Assembly: GCA_046262595.1 (NCBI GenBank)
Contig: JBHEMM010000001.1
Span: forward strand, 42,126-53,988
Reading direction: 5' to 3'
DNA: 11,863 nucleotides
Source: Vulcanimicrobiaceae bacterium
Lineage (GTDB): Bacteria > Vulcanimicrobiota > Vulcanimicrobiia > Vulcanimicrobiales > Vulcanimicrobiaceae
Both the position numbers and the translations under genes were made by a program. This document shows positions 7,389 to 11,863 of the stretch, piece by piece. Below the pieces are notes generated by a model, which searched no databases, was not told where the DNA came from, and was given only the letters and a program-made list of their open reading frames with translations. Every line of letters starts with the position of its first letter. The stretch's first letter is position 1.

Positions 7389-8153
7389 ATGATGGGACCG
7401 TTACCTTTCGGGCTGGAAGAACGGCTGCTTGAGCGGGCATTGCTTGCATCGCTGGCACTGCATCTGCTCTTCGCCGTTGTCCTTCCCATCTGGACGCCGC
7501 TGCAACCGCACGGGCTGCTGCCCGTCGAAAGCATTTCCTTCGCGCGCGTGATGCGCGCGCAAATCGAGCGCCCCGCCCGCGCTGCATTGCCCGTCGCGGT
7601 GCCCGCGACGCACCGGCGTTCGGCGCACGTAACGTTCGAGCGCAAGAAGAGCGAACTCGCCGCAAAAGCGCGCGCGCGGCATTCGCGCCCGCTGCTTCAC
7701 GCGGGGCCTGCCGGCCAAACGGTTGCGGCAGCGCCGAAAAAAGCGTCCGCGCAGACCGCCGCACCGCTGCTCGCGCGCGCTCCCTCAAGCGTTGCGCCCG
7801 TCGCGGCGGCGCACGGCGTACAGTCCTCCGCAAAACCGGATGCAGCGGTGGACACGCGAACGATCACCAGCGCGGGCACATCCGACCGGGGCGGCGTCAT
7901 GCCCTTCGGAGCGGAGCAGACGCCCGTTCTCGATCCGGCGGTGCGCGCACAGCTCGCCCAGATGGCTCGCGCACACGTTACGCTCTCGGTCACCGTGGGC
8001 GAAGATGGAAAAACGAAATTCGTGAAGTTCGATCCGCCGCTCGACGCGCAGACGGAGCGCGCGATGCAAAACGTGCTGGCTCAAGCGACGTGGGATGCCG
8101 CAGTGTGCGGCGGCGGCGTCAGCTGCGAAGGCGTCGCGACGATCAAACTATAG
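7389..8153 (+). CDS. Membrane-anchored TonB/TolA-like protein (hypothetical)
   Basis: A single N-terminal TM helix with SxxxH (ALLASLALHLLFAVVLP), an Ala/Pro/Lys/Arg-rich linker, and a C-terminal domain resembling TonB_C (VTLSVTVGEDGKTKFVKF..PLD....AMQNVLAQATWDAA). The start is uncertain (ATG 7389 or 7392). Confidence 0.6.
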   Translation: MMGPLPFGLEERLLERALLASLALHLLFAVVLPIWTPLQPHGLLPVESISFARVMRAQIERPARAALPVAVPATHRRSAHVTFERKKSELAAKARARHSRPLLHAGPAGQTVAAAPKKASAQTAAPLLARAPSSVAPVAAAHGVQSSAKPDAAVDTRTITSAGTSDRGGVMPFGAEQTPVLDPAVRAQLAQMARAHVTLSVTVGEDGKTKFVKFDPPLDAQTERAMQNVLAQATWDAAVCGGGVSCEGVATIKL

Positions 8154-9041
8154 TATCGACTGCCCTAAACCCGAACAGATAAGTCCCACGGCGAGCGCCG
8201 CTGTTTGGTTGCGCGTGTCGAGAATGGGATTGATTTCAACCATTTCGATCGATCCCAGCTGTCCGGATTCGTAGAGCATCTCCATGGCCAAGTGCGCCTC
8301 GCGGAAGCTCAAGCCGCCTTTGACCGGCGTGCCGGTTCCCGGTGCTTCGCTCGGGTCGATGCCGTCCATGTCGAACGACATGTGAATCGAGCCGCCGCCG
8401 CTTCCGGCAATACCAATCGCGCGCTGCATGACCACGGTCATTCCCAAGCGGTCCACGTCGCTCATCGTAAATGCCGAAACGCCCCATTCGCGCAAGTTAT
8501 TTTTTTCGATCGCGTCGATGTCGCGCAATCCGATCTGCACGGTGCGTTTGGGATCGGCGAAGCCGTTCTGCAGCGCAAAGTGCAGCGGCATGCCGTGAAC
8601 GTTCCCTGAGTGCGAAGATTCCGGACTATTGATGTCGCTGTGCGCATCGACCCAGACGAGACCAGGCACCTGTCCGCGCGCCCGGGTGAGCCCTTCAAGC
8701 GTCCCCATCGCTATCGAATGATCGCCGCCGAGCACGATCGGGAAGCCGCTCGAATTCACCGCATGTTCGACCTCCGAAGCGAGCTGCGCGCATACCGTCG
8801 TGATGATGTCGAAGTATTTCGCCTTTTGATCGCCGTGCCCGAACTCTTCGCGCAGCGGCACTTGAAGATTGCCGTGGTCGTAGATCTCCGCAATCGCCAA
8901 GCGGCGCAGCTTCTCGTCGAGCCGTGCGTACCGTACGGCATATGGGCCCATATCGACGCCCCGGCGGCTCGCGCCTAAATCCATCGGTACGCCGATGATG
9001 TCGACGCGCTTGACGCTGCGCGGTTCTGCTGCGGTGCTCAC
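8148..9041 (-). CDS. rocF: Arginase (ureohydrolase family, binuclear Mn site)
   Basis: [65 protein letters not shown] and VEINP. GTG 9041 overlaps the upstream TGA (GTGA); 297 aa. The track's extension to 9743 is spurious. Confidence 0.94.
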   Translation of the reverse strand: MSTAAEPRSVKRVDIIGVPMDLGASRRGVDMGPYAVRYARLDEKLRRLAIAEIYDHGNLQVPLREEFGHGDQKAKYFDIITTVCAQLASEVEHAVNSSGFPIVLGGDHSIAMGTLEGLTRARGQVPGLVWVDAHSDINSPESSHSGNVHGMPLHFALQNGFADPKRTVQIGLRDIDAIEKNNLREWGVSAFTMSDVDRLGMTVVMQRAIGIAGSGGGSIHMSFDMDGIDPSEAPGTGTPVKGGLSFREAHLAMEMLYESGQLGSIEMVEINPILDTRNQTAALAVGLICSGLGQSIL

Positions 9042-10699
9042 GGCGCCGACGTTTCTTCGATGCGCTCGTGCGCGTCCTTCGTCAGAACCGGTTTTGCCTC
9101 GTCGCGGCTCACCGAGCCCGGAATCAGGCGCAGCAAAAAGACCCGCATAACGCCGGCGACCGGTACGGCGACGAACATGCCGAGCACGCCGTAGAGCTCG
9201 CCCCCGATCAGTATGGCGAGCAGCACAGCGCTGGGACTGAGTTTGATCGTGCGGCTCACGATGTTGGGAGCGATCACATGGCCTTCGAGCTGGTTCGCGA
9301 CCACGAACACGATGGCAACTTTGATGAGCAGCGGTCCGCCCCCCGAGACCAGCGCAATGGTGATTGCCGGAACGGCGGCAATCACGGGACCGATGTACGG
9401 AATGAAGTCCAGTACGGCCGCCAGCGCCGCGATAACGATTGCGTACGGCTCGCCGACGGAAAGCAGGCCGATGCCAATCAGCAAGCCGACACTCGCGCCG
9501 ACCAGGAGTTGTCCACGGATGAATCCGCCGATGACTTGTTCGAGTTCGCCCAGCACGTCGAGGGTTTGATCGCGGTGCGCCGGCGGAATGAATCCGATGA
9601 AGAACCGTTTGATCGTTTCCGAGTCGTTCAGCAGGTAGGCGCCAAGCACCGGGATCGCAATGCACGTGCCCAGAAACGCCGCTGTGCCGACGAGGACCGA
9701 GAGCGCGTTGCCGAATGCCGCGGCGCCGTGCTTTTGCACCCACAGCGGCACCGTGATGGGCAGCCGCGCCAACTGCTGACGCACGAACGGGGGCGAGTGC
9801 GCGAGCAGCTTGTTATTCGGATCGCTCACAAACGCCGCGATCCTGCCCTGTATCGATGGCCAGTCGTGCGAAAGGTTTACGACCTCATTGTCGATCGCCG
9901 GTATCAGGTACATCAAACCGATGACGACGAGCGCGGCGATGCACGCATACACCATCAAGATCGCCACGATGAGCGGAAGGCGCTGGTTCAACCAGCGTAC
10001 GACCGGATACACGAGATACGCAAAAAAGATGGCGCCGACGATGACGACGAAGATCGCGCCGATGCGTTCGATGAAGTGCAGCAGCGCGCCGAGGATCAAC
10101 GCTATGAGCACGACGGAAAAAAGCAGCTTCCACGCGAAGTCCAGCCGACGCTCCGTAAGCCACTGATACGGCTCTTCTTCCGCGCCGCGGGCGGCGGCGG
10201 CCCTGACCGCATCGCGCTGCGCCTCCACTTCGAGTCCGACGAACGACGCCTTCGCCGGCGTGCGGTAGCGCAAGTAGCGTGACCACACACGCGCGCAACC
10301 GCGCACGAGCGAGCGGAACCCTTGCAGCGGCCCCCCCGAGTAGCCGTCGTCGAGGTCGATCAAATACATCAGCAGGCCATGCCGCTTGGAAAGATTCTCG
10401 CTCCAGCGCCGCGCAAGGCGCAGGCTGTCTTCGCTGCGTGCCTGCAGAGCGGCGAGCACTTTGCCGTCGTCGCCGCCGCTGCGGCGGACGATGCCGGTGA
10501 AGTCCTTATGCGTCACGCCGAGGGCGCGCAGCAGGCCGCGGTCGATCGGGCTTTGCCCGTAGAGATAGTCGCCCAGCGTACCGGCAATTGCCGAACGCGT
10601 CTTATCGATCATTCGCGGAAGCCAGACGATGCCGCCCAGTTCTTCCGACCACCGGCGAGGGGCCTGCGCGCGCAGATCCTTGGCTTGCATGTCGGCCAC
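9038..10699 (-). CDS. Fusion protein: N-terminal DUF5069-like domain plus C-terminal AI-2E family (PerM/TqsA-like) transporter
   Basis: aa ~6-120 (DLRAQAPRR..E.LGGIVWLPRMIDK.R...AGTLGDYLY..SPID..LL..LG...IDLDDG) resemble DUF5069. aa ~185-530 carry AI-2E hallmarks (FAYLVYPVVRWL, YLLND, GGFIRGQ, LDFIPYIGP, NQLEGHVIAP, LSP, GG...G..G...AVP). The frame is continuous. Start is GTG 10699 or ATG 10690. Confidence 0.85.
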   Translation of the reverse strand: MADMQAKDLRAQAPRRWSEELGGIVWLPRMIDKTRSAIAGTLGDYLYGQSPIDRGLLRALGVTHKDFTGIVRRSGGDDGKVLAALQARSEDSLRLARRWSENLSKRHGLLMYLIDLDDGYSGGPLQGFRSLVRGCARVWSRYLRYRTPAKASFVGLEVEAQRDAVRAAAARGAEEEPYQWLTERRLDFAWKLLFSVVLIALILGALLHFIERIGAIFVVIVGAIFFAYLVYPVVRWLNQRLPLIVAILMVYACIAALVVIGLMYLIPAIDNEVVNLSHDWPSIQGRIAAFVSDPNNKLLAHSPPFVRQQLARLPITVPLWVQKHGAAAFGNALSVLVGTAAFLGTCIAIPVLGAYLLNDSETIKRFFIGFIPPAHRDQTLDVLGELEQVIGGFIRGQLLVGASVGLLIGIGLLSVGEPYAIVIAALAAVLDFIPYIGPVIAAVPAITIALVSGGGPLLIKVAIVFVVANQLEGHVIAPNIVSRTIKLSPSAVLLAILIGGELYGVLGMFVAVPVAGVMRVFLLRLIPGSVSRDEAKPVLTKDAHERIEETSAP

Positions 10700-10754
10700 A
10701 TTCTAAGCATACCCCGACAAGGCTTCTTTGCGCGCAGATGCGTACAATCGAGCG
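10700..10754. promoter_or_regulatory. Divergent promoter region with candidate -10 hexamers, probably driving leaderless transcripts
   Basis: On +, TACAAT (10743-10748) lies 6 nt before ATG 10755. On -, TATGCT (10711-10706) lies 6 nt before GTG 10699, and TAGAAT (10705-10700) lies 9 nt before ATG 10690. Neither side has an SD. Confidence 0.6.
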
Positions 10755-11783
10755 ATGATGCGACGGGCCGGCCTCATTGCGCTCGCATTCTCGTGCGCGC
10801 TCGCGCTCGCGGGCTGTTTGCGGCAGCATCCCCATCCGCAAGCCGGACAGCTCACCTTAGCCATGGTTACGGACGTCGGCGGCTTGGGCGATAAATCGTT
10901 TAACGACTCCGCGTACCACGGTCTGCTGGCAGCGCGGGACGGCTTGCACGCGTACATCAAAGTGCTGCAGTCCAAATCCGCCGCGGATTACCAGCCGAAT
11001 CTCACGGTGCTCAGCGAAGCCCGCTTCGGCATGATCTACGCCATTGGGTTTCTGATGAGCGACGACGTCAGCCAAGTCGCCGCGCAGTTTCCGCAGCAGC
11101 GCTTCACGATTGTGGATGCAGTGGTGCCGCAGCGCAACGTCGTTTCGGTCACGTTCAAAGAACAGGACGGATCGTTTCTGGCCGGTGCACTGGCAGCGAT
11201 GGTAAGCACGACGCACCATCTCGCCTTCATCGGGGGCGTCGACATTCCGCTGATCCGCAAGTTTGAAGCGGGCTACATCGCCGGCGCGCGTGAAGTCGAC
11301 CCTTCGGTAAAAGTGGACGTGAAGTACGCCGGCTCGTTCGACGACGTCGCGACCGGCAAAGAACTCGCGAATCTGTTGTACAACGGCGGCGCCGACATCA
11401 TCTACACCGCGGCAGGCAAGGTGGGCTTGGGAGCGATCGACGCAGTACGCACGCGTCCGCGCGGCTTCTACATCATCGGAGTGGATAACGATCAAGACGC
11501 GATGGCTCCGGGGAAGATCCTCACCTCGGTCGTAAAGCATGTGGACATTGCGGTGTTCCGCGTTGCGAAGAGCTTGCAAAGCGGCCATCCGCTCTCCGGA
11601 CACGCCGTGCTCGGTCTACAAGACGGCGGCGTCTCGCTCACCGGGTTCCGCTACACGCGCGATGCGGTCACGCCGGCGCGCAGACGGCGGCTGGCGCAAC
11701 TGCAGAACGCAATCGTTTCGGGACGCATTCCGGTTCCGTACACGCGCGAAGGGCTGGCAACGTGGAAACCGGTAACGCTCTAA
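10755..11783 (+). CDS. BMP-family (PnrA/TmpC/NupN-like) ABC transporter substrate-binding lipoprotein, probably nucleoside-binding
   Basis: Signal peptide with lipobox LAGC (Cys21), DVGGLGDKSFN.SA, FKEQDGSFLAGALAA, F.AGY..GA and IIGVDNDQ. It is followed by an ABC ATPase; 342 aa from ATG 10755. Confidence 0.92.
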   Translation: MMRRAGLIALAFSCALALAGCLRQHPHPQAGQLTLAMVTDVGGLGDKSFNDSAYHGLLAARDGLHAYIKVLQSKSAADYQPNLTVLSEARFGMIYAIGFLMSDDVSQVAAQFPQQRFTIVDAVVPQRNVVSVTFKEQDGSFLAGALAAMVSTTHHLAFIGGVDIPLIRKFEAGYIAGAREVDPSVKVDVKYAGSFDDVATGKELANLLYNGGADIIYTAAGKVGLGAIDAVRTRPRGFYIIGVDNDQDAMAPGKILTSVVKHVDIAVFRVAKSLQSGHPLSGHAVLGLQDGGVSLTGFRYTRDAVTPARRRRLAQLQNAIVSGRIPVPYTREGLATWKPVTL

Positions 11784-11863
11784 CGCTGCGCGGCATCCGC
11801 AAGACGTATCCGGGCGTCGTTGCGGTGGACGGCGCGGATTTGGACGTTGCAGCGGGCGAGATC
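11762..11863 (+). CDS. ABC transporter ATP-binding protein (CUT2 sugar/nucleoside type), first 34 codons
   Basis: GTG 11762 gives METGNALTLRGIRKTYPGVVAVDGADLDVAAGEI, the typical pre-Walker-A segment. It overlaps the bmp gene by 22 nt and is absent from the ORF track. Confidence 0.85.
   Translation, partial: METGNALTLRGIRKTYPGVVAVDGADLDVAAGEI

Noticed and set aside
8148..9041. Arginase as a glutamate supplier for the hem operon
   Set aside because: It belongs to a separate, oppositely oriented unit, and no rocD or rocA/putA gene is in the window. Only proximity supports the idea.
9042..9743. Apparent 234-aa N-terminal extension of arginase in the ORF track
   Set aside because: It is an alternative frame inside the AI-2E gene. 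Arginase homology begins just after GTG 9041, which sits in a GTGA coupling.
9068..10282. 404-aa + strand ORF opposite the AI-2E gene
   Set aside because: Mirror frame of a hydrophobic membrane protein gene (D/E/H/R/Q-rich) with no recognisable domain.
1..11863. CRISPR arrays, tRNA/rRNA, IS/integrase/phage genes, riboswitches, tandem repeats
   Set aside because: None seen. The three intergenic gaps (41, 23 and 55 bp) are too short, and composition looks uniform by eye.

Overview
A GC-rich bacterial chromosomal segment that is almost fully coding: about 119 bp is non-coding under my start calls. It has no mobile elements, RNA genes or CRISPR arrays that I can support. Left to right: (1) the 5' part of an ArnT-like GT-C membrane glycosyltransferase on the - strand, running off the window and absent from the ORF track; (2) an overlap-coupled tetrapyrrole operon hemC-hemB-mobA-like-hemL-hemA-hemD-DUF92, encoding the whole C5 route from Glu-tRNA to uroporphyrinogen III plus two non-hem passenger genes; (3) a convergent CPYC glutaredoxin-like gene; (4) an orphan TonB-like protein; (5) a - strand pair made of a DUF5069-like/AI-2E transporter fusion coupled to arginase; (6) the start of a BMP-family (nucleoside-type) ABC importer. 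The best candidates for undescribed biology are the DUF5069::AI-2E fusion with arginase, and the DUF92 and MobA-like genes embedded in the hem operon. Gene content is reminiscent of Eremiobacterota/Vulcanimicrobiota, but that is an unverified impression. All family calls come from recognising motifs by eye, not from database searches.
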